Shown here: positions 8,129-17,557 of the stretch, piece after piece
Layout: each line of letters opens with the position of its first letter
Position numbering within the stretch: position 1 is the stretch's first letter
Origin: a virus
Virus record (IMG/VR): IMGVR_UViG_3300027747_000004
Coordinates: 32,001-96,000 of that record
DNA length: 64,000 nt
Direction: 5' to 3' (one strand)
Position numbers and translations under genes: made by a program
The notes under the pieces: model-generated
Databases searched by the model: none
The model's input: only the letters and a program-made list of their open reading frames with translations
Told to the model about the DNA's origin: nothing

Positions 8129-11035
8129 ATGGCCAAGAGACCCTACCGCGACCCGAAGACCACCAAGATCGAGGACTGGATCTGGCACCCCATGGAAAAC
8201 ATCCGCCAGCAACTCAGCACCCGACGCGAGCTGCCCGAGCACGTGATGCCCTACGCCGAGCACATGCAGCAGATGGCCAGCAAGGCGCAGGCCGGGCAGA
8301 TCAGCCCCCGCGACCTGATCAAAGCCTACACCATCACGCAGGCCAGCATCGGCCGCGGGGGCCTGAGCCACGCCACGGCCACCAAGAACGGCATGAAGCT
8401 GCAAGACACCGGCGAAGAGTTCCGCCCCGAGGGCGTGTTTGCCGAGTGGCTGGGCTCGCCTGAGGGCCAAAAATACTTGGACGACGCCGAGCGGGGCAAG
8501 GTCAACGCCCGGTCAATCCGGGACGTCGTCGCCAAGTTCTCCCCCTTCGGCAAGCAGAACGTGCAGGGCGAGGCCATGGAGTACGCGGCCCAGCACCTGC
8601 CCCAGCAGACCGCGGCGGCCAACGCCGCGCTGACCGGGTCGCTTGAAGACTACCGCAAGTTTGCCCGGGCAATCCACGGCATCAACAGCGCCAAGAGCGG
8701 GTTCATCGGCTCGCTGCTGGGCCGTGGTGACCAGCCCACGCTGGACGCCCGCCAGATCGCCCTGCACTCGCTGTACCACCCGACCAAGGTGGCCCAAAGC
8801 GTGATGGACCGCGGCAACGGCCTGGGCGGCGAGGAGGCGGTGGACCGCCTGACAGCCCGGCACAACGACCTGGGCTACACCATCCCGCCCGAGCTGGCGC
8901 CCTTCGCCCAGCACCTGATCCACCACGACATCTGGGACCAGCGCGGCGAGAACGGCCCGACCAAAACGACGCACGAGGACCTGATCCGGGCCATGCGCGG
9001 CTACGCCAAGGGTGGAGACGTGGAGCCCACCCCCGAGCAGATGCGCGAGATGCTGGCCCAGCACGGCTACATAGAGCACACACCCAAAAAACCTCATGCC
9101 GCCGTTGGCCAGCGCTATGACGTAGACCAGGCATACGGCCTTGCCCCAAAAAACGACGTGGACTTAGAGAAGCACAAGGGCGCTAGTTTGATGGTCATGC
9201 CGTGGGACAGCACCAGCCGCAACGTGCAGGTGCGCAGCATATCCGGCCACGAGCTGCCCGAGCACATTACCACGCACGGCGGCCAGGACTACGCCCGTGA
9301 CCTTGAGCACATCCTGCAGGGCATCGCAGGCGCATCAAACGAGGGGATAGCCAAACGTATTGCTGCCCGCGAAATGCAGGCCCGGATAGAAAATCTCGGC
9401 CAAGGTGGCACCGGTGAGATATTGCACATGCCCATTACCATGGGCGAGCGTGGCGAAGACTTTTCCATGACACCCACCGAGATCCTGCACCAGTTGGTAA
9501 TGCGCGGCATGCTGCCGCCAGAGGAATTGGAGCGCATGAACAACGAAATCCGCGCGCACAAAATAATTTTGAACAAAAAATCCGTCCAACCCTTTGGGGG
9601 TTTTGTTGGCCTAGAGCACCCCGAGTTTGACCAGCAAATAGTCACAGGCAAAGGCGTCGACACGACAGCAGGAAACCTGCGCAAGGCCATCGTAAACCGC
9701 GTTGGCTACCTGAAGCACAACCAAAAGGCGCTGGACTTCAACATTGAAGACCTGGTCAACGCGGTCACCGACCCCACGTTGCGCGGCGTGCCCAAGGGTT
9801 ACATCGGCAACACGGTCATTGGCAGCGACCCCGACCACATGACGCTGACACCGTCCAGCAATAAGGCGTACGACACCAACTTCTCCGGCCAGTACCTGGG
9901 CACGCTTGGCCACAGTTTTCCGGCCGAGGTGTTATTTGAAAAAGTTCTGCAGCAACTCCAGTCAAAGCACACTGGGAAAAAAGGGAATCTTCGTAACATG
10001 GCGTTGGGGGACCTTGAAAAGAGCAAAGCAAACGTATCCCAGATCTTGGACAACGAGACGCTGGACCGCTACGGCAAGTACCTGATGGCGCGCGACAAGA
10101 AGATCCGCACCGGCCATTACGCCGAGGGCGGTGAGGTCAAGAACGACGAGCCCAGCCACGACGAGATGCTGGCGCACATCATGCTCAAGGGCGTCAGCAG
10201 CCTGAAGGACGTCGGGGCCAACGAGGCGCCCAACATGCCGGTCAAGACCTACGTGCCAGCGGGTCCGGGCAAGGGCTTTCCCATCGGTGGCGTAGACTTC
10301 CAGCCCCAGCAGCCCGGCCAGCAGATGCTGCCTGGCCAGCCGCAACAACCTAGCCAACCGCAACAGCCCGGCCAGCCGCAACAGCCCGGCCAGCAAGCAG
10401 CGCCAGCACCACAGGGCCCACAGCAACCCCAGCCGCCCAGCAACATCCTGCAGATGACGCGCCAAGGCCAGACCATGAACGCGATCGCACCGCCCCAGCC
10501 GCAAGCCAAGATGGCAGGCGGCGGATCAACCCCGCCGTCGGTGGAGGAGATGCGCCGGGCCATTGCCAGCGCGGCCACGTCGGCGGGCATGAAGGCGCCC
10601 GTGACTAACACGCGCAATATGATGACCCTGCAGGACACCCACCAGTCGCTGCAGGACAGGATTCGCGGGGGCGCTGCCGACATGCAGAACATGATCGAGT
10701 CCATGCCGTTTAAGTACGACGTGGGGCACGACGTGTTTACCGCCCACAGCGCCAAAAACAACCTGCCACCGTTCAAAGTGATCCGCAGGGCATTGGTGGG
10801 GAATTCCCCCATGCGTGAGGACCACCCAACGCTCGGACCAAACATGGGCAAGTTCATCAAGGACCCGGCAACCGGCAAGACCAAACGCACACCATACGAG
10901 CCGGGCTATGACGTTCGCAGGGAGCACAAAGGCGAGGTGCACAAGATGCGCATCCCCGAGTCCGCAATTGTTGACAAGCTAGCAGGCGGCGGCACGGTCA
11001 AGGACTACATCACCATCACGGAGCGCCCACTATGA
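8129..11035 (+). CDS. Modular polyvalent-type protein 1 (HhH glycosylase-like module plus unknown modules separated by xxxGG motifs)
   Basis: Motifs YAKGG, YAEGG, MAGGG, LAGGG; ATG 8129 after AGGA. Confidence 0.75.
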   Translation: MAKRPYRDPKTTKIEDWIWHPMENIRQQLSTRRELPEHVMPYAEHMQQMASKAQAGQISPRDLIKAYTITQASIGRGGLSHATATKNGMKLQDTGEEFRPEGVFAEWLGSPEGQKYLDDAERGKVNARSIRDVVAKFSPFGKQNVQGEAMEYAAQHLPQQTAAANAALTGSLEDYRKFARAIHGINSAKSGFIGSLLGRGDQPTLDARQIALHSLYHPTKVAQSVMDRGNGLGGEEAVDRLTARHNDLGYTIPPELAPFAQHLIHHDIWDQRGENGPTKTTHEDLIRAMRGYAKGGDVEPTPEQMREMLAQHGYIEHTPKKPHAAVGQRYDVDQAYGLAPKNDVDLEKHKGASLMVMPWDSTSRNVQVRSISGHELPEHITTHGGQDYARDLEHILQGIAGASNEGIAKRIAAREMQARIENLGQGGTGEILHMPITMGERGEDFSMTPTEILHQLVMRGMLPPEELERMNNEIRAHKIILNKKSVQPFGGFVGLEHPEFDQQIVTGKGVDTTAGNLRKAIVNRVGYLKHNQKALDFNIEDLVNAVTDPTLRGVPKGYIGNTVIGSDPDHMTLTPSSNKAYDTNFSGQYLGTLGHSFPAEVLFEKVLQQLQSKHTGKKGNLRNMALGDLEKSKANVSQILDNETLDRYGKYLMARDKKIRTGHYAEGGEVKNDEPSHDEMLAHIMLKGVSSLKDVGANEAPNMPVKTYVPAGPGKGFPIGGVDFQPQQPGQQMLPGQPQQPSQPQQPGQPQQPGQQAAPAPQGPQQPQPPSNILQMTRQGQTMNAIAPPQPQAKMAGGGSTPPSVEEMRRAIASAATSAGMKAPVTNTRNMMTLQDTHQSLQDRIRGGAADMQNMIESMPFKYDVGHDVFTAHSAKNNLPPFKVIRRALVGNSPMREDHPTLGPNMGKFIKDPATGKTKRTPYEPGYDVRREHKGEVHKMRIPESAIVDKLAGGGTVKDYITITERPL

Positions 11036-14000
11036 GCGGAATGTACTCACCCATTAACCGCGCTGCGGAGTCCATCACCCGCCCCAAGGGCACCGGTGCT
11101 GAGTACATGGCCGAGCTGCAGAAGAAGCCCGGCTACAAGCCCGCTGAGGCGCAGGACCGCGACCTGCAGGCGCTCATGGCGCTGCCCCAGATGGCGCGTG
11201 CGGCCTTCATGGAAAAGCTCAAAGCGCAAAAGAACAAGTACCCGCTCAAGCAGCGAGAGCTGACCGGCAGACAGACGCACCACGAGGACTACACCCTACC
11301 CGGTGGTGAAAACTACCGCGAGATCCTGCTGCACACACCAATGCCCGAGGGCGGAGGCTTCCTCGGCGTGCCGCACCACTTTGGCGGCACACCCAATATC
11401 CTTGCCAGCATTCGCGTCAAGGATCGCACCACGCCAGAAGGCAAGAAGATGCTGCACCTTGAGGAGATCCAATCCGACTGGCACCAGCACGGGCGCGAAG
11501 AGGGGTATCGACCCGCAACGTCCGAAGATGATGTTCGCAAAGCATATAACGCTCAACCACACAACGCAGTGCCGTTTGATGAGTTGCTTCCCGCCGACAA
11601 AGCGTACGAAATCCAACAATACGAAAAATCCCAAAAAGGCGTCCCTTACGGCCCCCACGCCAAGGACTGGCACGAATTGGCGCTCAAGGCCATGATCCAG
11701 CACGCCGCCGAGAACGGCTACGACCAGATTGCCATCACGCCCGGCGCGGAGCAGGCCAAGCGGTATGACTTGAGCAAGCACGTTGGACGTATCACGCACA
11801 TGACGCATCACGATGATCCTGATAGCGGCATTTTGTTTGCTTTTGATCCATCTGGTCACCAGATAATAGAAAAACACAACGTGCCCCATTCCCAACTTCC
11901 TGAGTACATTGGCAAAGAAGGGGCGCAAAAATTATTAGGGCAAAAGCCAGATGAACATGGCTACCGTGAATTAAAAGGCCAAAACCTTGAAGTTGGTGGC
12001 GAGGGCATGAAAGGCTTCTACGACCGAATGGTGCCCAGCTTTCTGAACAAGTTCGGCAAGAAGCATGGCGTGCAGGTGCAACCGGGTGCAATTGACACAG
12101 GGGAAAATCCACATGAGGTGGTGATGGATTACTCCGACCCCAAAAATATGTACGCGGTTCGCCCCGAGGGCTCTTCAAACGTGGTGTCACGGCATTTTTC
12201 AATGCACGATGCCTACAAGGCCGCAGCAAAACTTGGGCAGTCCCCACTACACACATTCGACATCACCCCAGCCATGCGCGAGGACGTGCTCAAGAACGGC
12301 ATACCGCGCTACGATAAAGGTGGCGAGGTCAAGCCAACGCACGAACTATTTCACGGAACCAACAAAGAATTCAAAAGTTTTGATAAAGACAAAAGCCATA
12401 TTGTCAATGGTGTATGGCTGACACAGGACAAAAACTACGCAAATTGGATGGCTCGTGAAAGAGCAAAGCAAGAAAAAGGAACTGCCCCAAGGGTATTACG
12501 GGTTAGCGCGTACCACAATAACCCCATGTATTTTGATATTTTGGCAGAAGGCAAAAAAGTTGCGGAACAAATTGGCGAACCAGCACCAAAAAACGCTTAC
12601 GAGGCACAGGAGTTGCTATCGGGGGGAATGGGTTGGGATAATGTCGTTGACAATTTAGTGCATGAAGCTAAAACAAAAAAGCACGATTCCTTAATAATCC
12701 ATAATTTTAATGATAATTGGCACAGCGACCCGAATCAAACCACAACAGCCCATGTAGTGTTTGATCCTAATAAGTTAAAAATAATTGACCAGCAAAAATA
12801 CGCCGAGGGCGGCGTCGTCCACAAATCCGGCGGCGGGTCGATGTACCCAACCATCCAGGAGATGATCCGGCACCTGCAGCAGGCCGGGCGCACGCCCATT
12901 GTGCCCGCACCCAACCGCTGGTTTGCGGATCCGGTAAAGCACCCCTTCCAGCAAAAGATGATCGAGCGCGTGCTGGCGCAGACTGGCCAGGGGCGCGAGG
13001 GTTTCCCGTCGGGCTCTTACATCAACCCGCAGACGGGCGAGCCCATGGACTTTGACATCATGCACGACCTGGGCGTGGCAATCGACCCCGCCACCGGGCG
13101 GCCAATGATGTCGGGCGTCAAGTCGGACCTGACATCCATCGACCCCAAGTACGGATCCATCACCCGGAGCAATTTGGTGCGCAAGGGCCTGTTCAAGCAC
13201 GAGGGCGGCGACGACTTGCTCAAGAACATTGCATTCCTCGCGACGATCGAGAAAGGCGGCAAGGGCCACCACTACGGCCTGTCGACGCACTACGCATCAC
13301 CCGCAGAGCTGGTGAACACAATGACCGGCCAAAACCCAACGCTGCGGCCGCACAGCCGCGGTGACATCTTTGGCGTGGGCGACGAGGTTGGGCGCATTTC
13401 TATCCAGGGCAAACACCACCCGGTCTATGAGAAGTTGCTGGTGGCGCCCACAGGCTCGGACGTGCAGGGCGTGAAGTTGCACAAGGCTAAGGGCGGCAAA
13501 GTTTCCGGTGAAACCAAAGCAGAGTTCATCAGCAAAAGCAAAGTGCCTGACGTGCTGTACCGTGGTGGTATCGGGCACCCAGATATGTCGGAAGACTTTT
13601 TGAAAGGCAAAGCACGGCCAGGTTACTCTACCTTTGCCTCTACGTCTCCGCACGTCGCTGGAAGCTACGCGCATCCTGATTGGGATCAATCGTGGGGTAC
13701 CCAAGACCTGGTCGGCGCAATTGCGCCTATGCACATCAAGGTGCATACGGTGCATGAGTTTCCGGTGACCACCAATAAGCATGGGTCTCGCCAATTTAGC
13801 AAATTTGAGTTTGATCGACGCGCTCAACAACTGGAGCCCGGCCATGCGTTGGTGGCGCGGCAAGTGTTTGACATGGGCCCGCGAGCTAGTGTCAAAACTG
13901 ATCCTGACAAGCTGTACAGTTACCCTAGCGACATATACGCTTGGAACAACGGCACCGAAGTGAAGTCCGCTTTTGAGAAAGCCAAAGGCGGCTCCATCAA

Positions 14001-14070
14001 AGCTAAAGTTACAATGCCGCCCAGTATGGACACGATGCAGTACGAGCTGATCAACAGGAAAGCAAAATAA
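11032..14070 (+). CDS. Modular polyvalent-type protein 2 (EEIQSDW domain plus two ADP-ribosyltransferase-like modules)
   Basis: PGGENYRE / EEIQSDWHQ / GYDQIA / GMKGFYD; FHGT..GVWLT..NP..VVFDP; LYRG..FASTSP..SYA. Confidence 0.75.
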   Translation: MSGMYSPINRAAESITRPKGTGAEYMAELQKKPGYKPAEAQDRDLQALMALPQMARAAFMEKLKAQKNKYPLKQRELTGRQTHHEDYTLPGGENYREILLHTPMPEGGGFLGVPHHFGGTPNILASIRVKDRTTPEGKKMLHLEEIQSDWHQHGREEGYRPATSEDDVRKAYNAQPHNAVPFDELLPADKAYEIQQYEKSQKGVPYGPHAKDWHELALKAMIQHAAENGYDQIAITPGAEQAKRYDLSKHVGRITHMTHHDDPDSGILFAFDPSGHQIIEKHNVPHSQLPEYIGKEGAQKLLGQKPDEHGYRELKGQNLEVGGEGMKGFYDRMVPSFLNKFGKKHGVQVQPGAIDTGENPHEVVMDYSDPKNMYAVRPEGSSNVVSRHFSMHDAYKAAAKLGQSPLHTFDITPAMREDVLKNGIPRYDKGGEVKPTHELFHGTNKEFKSFDKDKSHIVNGVWLTQDKNYANWMARERAKQEKGTAPRVLRVSAYHNNPMYFDILAEGKKVAEQIGEPAPKNAYEAQELLSGGMGWDNVVDNLVHEAKTKKHDSLIIHNFNDNWHSDPNQTTTAHVVFDPNKLKIIDQQKYAEGGVVHKSGGGSMYPTIQEMIRHLQQAGRTPIVPAPNRWFADPVKHPFQQKMIERVLAQTGQGREGFPSGSYINPQTGEPMDFDIMHDLGVAIDPATGRPMMSGVKSDLTSIDPKYGSITRSNLVRKGLFKHEGGDDLLKNIAFLATIEKGGKGHHYGLSTHYASPAELVNTMTGQNPTLRPHSRGDIFGVGDEVGRISIQGKHHPVYEKLLVAPTGSDVQGVKLHKAKGGKVSGETKAEFISKSKVPDVLYRGGIGHPDMSEDFLKGKARPGYSTFASTSPHVAGSYAHPDWDQSWGTQDLVGAIAPMHIKVHTVHEFPVTTNKHGSRQFSKFEFDRRAQQLEPGHALVARQVFDMGPRASVKTDPDKLYSYPSDIYAWNNGTEVKSAFEKAKGGSIKAKVTMPPSMDTMQYELINRKAK

Positions 14071-16706
14071 TGGCCGACACCTACGACAACGGGGACGACG
14101 ACATGGACCCTGAGCTGAACGAAGACGGGTCCGCGGACGTTGAGCTGCCAGAGGACGTGTCTGACGTCACCGAGATGCCCGACGGCTCGGCGGTGGTGCA
14201 CCTGCCGGAGACAACCGGCCCAGAAGAGACGCCCGACTTCTACGCCAACATGGCCGAGGAGATGGACAGCTACGAGCTCAACACGCTCGGCATGCGCTAC
14301 GTCAGCCTGCTGGAGAAGGACAAGAACGCCCGCGAGGAGCGCGACAAGCAGTACGAGGAAGGCCTACGGCGCACTGGCCTAGGCAAGGACGCCCCCGGCG
14401 GTGCCAACTTCCTTGGCGCAAGCCGCGCCGTGCACCCGGTCATGGCCGAGGGCTGCGTTGACTTTGCCAGCCGCGCGATCAAGGAGCTGTTCCCACCAGA
14501 TGGCCCGGTGCGCACTAAGATCATTGGCAAGGTCGACGAGCTTAAGCAAGAGCGCGCCGAGCGCAAGCGCGACTTCTTGAACTGGCAGATTACCGAGCAA
14601 ATCGAAGAGTTCCGCGACGAGCAGGAACAGATGCTCACCCAGCTGCCGCTTGGCGGCTCGCAGTACCTCAAGCTGTGGTACGACGAGCAAAAGAAGCGCC
14701 CGGTCATCGAGTTCCTGCCCATCGACCGCATGATCCTGCCGTTTGCGGCCAGCAACTTCTACACCGCCCAACGCGCGGCCGAGGTGCACGAGATCACCGA
14801 GTGGGAATACGACCGGCGCATCGCCAGCGGCATGTACAAGGACGGCTCGCACGTCACCTCCGGCAACGAGCCCGAGCAGACGCGCGCGCAGAAGGCCAAC
14901 GACAAGATTGAGGGCCGCAAGTTCCAGGACAACGACGACGGCCTGCGCAAGGTGTTCCACATCTATACCTGGCTGGAGCTGGAGGACGACCGGCAATCCA
15001 AGGGCGAGATGGCCCCCTACATCATGATGGTGGACGAGCAGTCCAGCGAGGTGATCGGCCTGTACCGCAACTGGGAAGAGGGCGACGACACGATGACCAA
15101 GCTCGACTGGATCGTCGAGTTCAAGTTCATCCCGTGGCGCGGCGTGTTTGCCATCGGCCTGCCCCACCTGATCGGCGGCCTGAGCGCGGCCCTGACCGGC
15201 TCCCTGCGCGCGCTGCTAGACAGCGCCCACATCAACAACGCGGCGACCATGCTCAAGCTCAAGGGTGCCAAGATCAGCGGCCAGACGCAGCAGATCGAGG
15301 TCACTCAGGTGGCCGAGATCGAGGGCGCGCCCGGCGTAGATGACATCCGCAAGATCGCGATGCCCATGCCCTTCAACCCACCCAGCGAGACGCTATTCAA
15401 GCTGTTGGGCTGGCTGGACAGCGCGGCCAAGGGCGTGGTCACCACGTCCGAGGAGAAGATCGCCGATGTCAATGCTAACGCTCCGGTAGGTACTACCCAA
15501 GCGTTGATTGAGCAGGGCGCTGCCGTCTACTCCGCAATCCACGCGCGCCTGCACCAGTCGCAGGCTCGCCTGATCAAGGTGCTGTGCCGCCTGAACCGCT
15601 GGCACTTCAAGGAAATGCGCAAGGGCGACATGGTCGCGGACCTTGAGATCGAGCGCGAGGACTTCGAGCGCAACACCGACGTCATCCCGGTCAGCGACCC
15701 GCACATCTTTAGCGAAACCCAGCGCATGGCGCAGATGCAGGCCGTGTTGGCCCGCGCGGACGCCAAGCCAGACCTGTACGACGCCAAAGCCGTGGAGGAG
15801 CGTTTCCTCAAGCAGATCAAGATTCCCAACGTCAGCGAGCTGCTCAAGGACGTGCCCGAGCCCGAGCAGCGCACTTTGGCCGACGAGAACGCGGCGATGT
15901 CCATGGGCCACCCGGCGTATGCCTACATGCAGCAGGACCACATCGCGCACATCCAAGGCCACCTAATGTTTGGCCTAGACCCGAGCTTTGGCGGCAACCC
16001 GCTAATCGCGCCAAACTACCAGCCCAACGCGATTGAACACATCAAGCAGCACATTACGCTGTGGTACCTCAACCGCATGAACGGCTACGTCATTAACCTG
16101 CGCGGCGGCAAGCCGGTGGACGACTATGAAAATCCGCACCTGACCGCCACCATCGACAAACTGTACGCCACCGTCGGCGAGCACGTCGCGTTGGACGGCC
16201 AGATGGTGTTCCAGCAGATCCTGCCGCAACTTCAACAGATGCAGCAGGCAATGCAACAGAACAAGCCACAACCCCAACTGCCGCCCGATGCCCAGGTGGT
16301 CAAGGACACCGCGATGGCCGAGACCCAGCGCAAAGCGGCCAAGGACCAGCAGGAGATGCAGCTCGCCCAAGCCAAGCTGCAGGACAGCCAACAGCGCACC
16401 CAGGCCGAGATGCAGGCCAACGCGCAGAAGGCCCAGCAGGACACGCAGGTCAACATGCAGAAGGCCCAGCAGGACGCCCAGCTCAAGATGCAGGACCTCC
16501 AGGCAACGTCTCAGGCCAAGCTGCAGGACACGCAGGTCGATATCCAAGCACGCGAGCAAGAGTCCATGCGCAATGCGCAACTACAATTGGAACTAGAGCG
16601 CATGCACGACCAGACGCAGATTGACATTACAAACGCAAAGTTAACCCACGAAACCATACAGAGTATGGTCCAACCCCAAGGAGCTCCAGATGGCAACCTC
16701 GAATAA
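14070..16706 (+). CDS. Portal protein (P22-like, long Q-rich C-terminal coiled coil)
   Basis: HPVMAEGCVDF..AIKELFPPDGPV, LPLGGS, APVGTTQAL, SAIHARLH, DVIPVSDP; size and position. Confidence 0.88.
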   Translation: MADTYDNGDDDMDPELNEDGSADVELPEDVSDVTEMPDGSAVVHLPETTGPEETPDFYANMAEEMDSYELNTLGMRYVSLLEKDKNAREERDKQYEEGLRRTGLGKDAPGGANFLGASRAVHPVMAEGCVDFASRAIKELFPPDGPVRTKIIGKVDELKQERAERKRDFLNWQITEQIEEFRDEQEQMLTQLPLGGSQYLKLWYDEQKKRPVIEFLPIDRMILPFAASNFYTAQRAAEVHEITEWEYDRRIASGMYKDGSHVTSGNEPEQTRAQKANDKIEGRKFQDNDDGLRKVFHIYTWLELEDDRQSKGEMAPYIMMVDEQSSEVIGLYRNWEEGDDTMTKLDWIVEFKFIPWRGVFAIGLPHLIGGLSAALTGSLRALLDSAHINNAATMLKLKGAKISGQTQQIEVTQVAEIEGAPGVDDIRKIAMPMPFNPPSETLFKLLGWLDSAAKGVVTTSEEKIADVNANAPVGTTQALIEQGAAVYSAIHARLHQSQARLIKVLCRLNRWHFKEMRKGDMVADLEIEREDFERNTDVIPVSDPHIFSETQRMAQMQAVLARADAKPDLYDAKAVEERFLKQIKIPNVSELLKDVPEPEQRTLADENAAMSMGHPAYAYMQQDHIAHIQGHLMFGLDPSFGGNPLIAPNYQPNAIEHIKQHITLWYLNRMNGYVINLRGGKPVDDYENPHLTATIDKLYATVGEHVALDGQMVFQQILPQLQQMQQAMQQNKPQPQLPPDAQVVKDTAMAETQRKAAKDQQEMQLAQAKLQDSQQRTQAEMQANAQKAQQDTQVNMQKAQQDAQLKMQDLQATSQAKLQDTQVDIQAREQESMRNAQLQLELERMHDQTQIDITNAKLTHETIQSMVQPQGAPDGNLE

Positions 16707-16845
16707 CTCTCAGACCGGCGAGCTGGTCAAGCAACACCACCGCCTGGCCATGGGTGAGAAGCTCAACGGCCAGAGCCTGCAGCCCAAGGGCGGCACCAGC
16801 AAGCCCGCTGGCGGCTTGAGCGCGCTGGCCAAGAAGAATAAGTGA
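16690..16845 (+). CDS. Small basic hypothetical protein (not in track)
   Basis: SD AAGGAG; MATSNNSQ..KKNK. Confidence 0.55.
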   Translation: MATSNNSQTGELVKQHHRLAMGEKLNGQSLQPKGGTSKPAGGLSALAKKNK

Positions 16846-17012
16846 TCTCTGAACTTATTCACCAGATCCAGGTCAGGCAGGCGGAGCTTCGCCTGGCGCT
16901 GGTTCAAAACCCCGTGGGCGACCACGCTACATACACACGCATCGTTGGTGAGTACCAGGGCCTGCAATGGGTAATGGACGCACTAAACCAAAAACTCGCT
17001 GAGAACGAATAA
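16842..17012 (+). CDS. Small helical head-region protein (not in track)
   Basis: GTGA coupling; Y..IVGEYQGL pattern. Confidence 0.6.
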   Translation: MISELIHQIQVRQAELRLALVQNPVGDHATYTRIVGEYQGLQWVMDALNQKLAENE

Positions 17013-17021
17013 GGCAGCAAT

Positions 17022-17071
17022 GCCCCAAGCCGCGCTGAGATATGCGCATTTTCAAACCTGAAATATGGTTT
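17022..17071 (+). promoter_or_regulatory. Tandem hairpins with TGA(G/A)ATAT loops upstream of GroES-like gene
   Basis: GCGC-TGAGATAT-GCGC and AAACC-TGAAATAT-GGTTT. Confidence 0.5.
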
Positions 17072-17089
17072 TTGTCGATAGGAGTGAGT

Positions 17090-17548
17090 ATGAGCGAGAA
17101 AGAAAAGATACCTACCATTGGTGGTGTCCAACAAGAGTCCGACCCAACTGAGCTGGCGTGGGCATTTCCAGACGTTTTACCCGGGCAAGCCCCGCTAGGT
17201 GGCCGCGTCATTGTCCAACTTCGCCGCATCAAGAAAAATGCCGGAAAGATTATCCTGGTCGAGGAGACCAAGGAGAATGAGAAGTGGAACAACATGATCG
17301 GCAGGGTGGTCGCGATTGGTCCTTTGGCCTACCGCAACCGCGACACCATGCAGGTGTGGCCCGAAGGAAGTTGGGCTGAGATCGGTGACTACGTGCGCGT
17401 GCCTCGGTGGGGCGGGGATCGCTGGGAGCGACCCGTGCTTAACGAAGAAAACGGCGACCTGAACCCGGTCCTGTTCATGACAATCAACGACCACGAGGTG
17501 ATTGCGAAGGTCACTGACGACCCGTTGTCATTTAAAGCCTACGTTTAA
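17090..17548 (+). CDS. GroES-like co-chaperonin
   Basis: PLGGRVIV, GKIILVE, GRVVAIGP, GDYV, INDHEVIAKV; SD AGGAG before ATG 17090. Confidence 0.85.
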   Translation: MSEKEKIPTIGGVQQESDPTELAWAFPDVLPGQAPLGGRVIVQLRRIKKNAGKIILVEETKENEKWNNMIGRVVAIGPLAYRNRDTMQVWPEGSWAEIGDYVRVPRWGGDRWERPVLNEENGDLNPVLFMTINDHEVIAKVTDDPLSFKAYV

Positions 17549-17557
17549 GGAAATACC

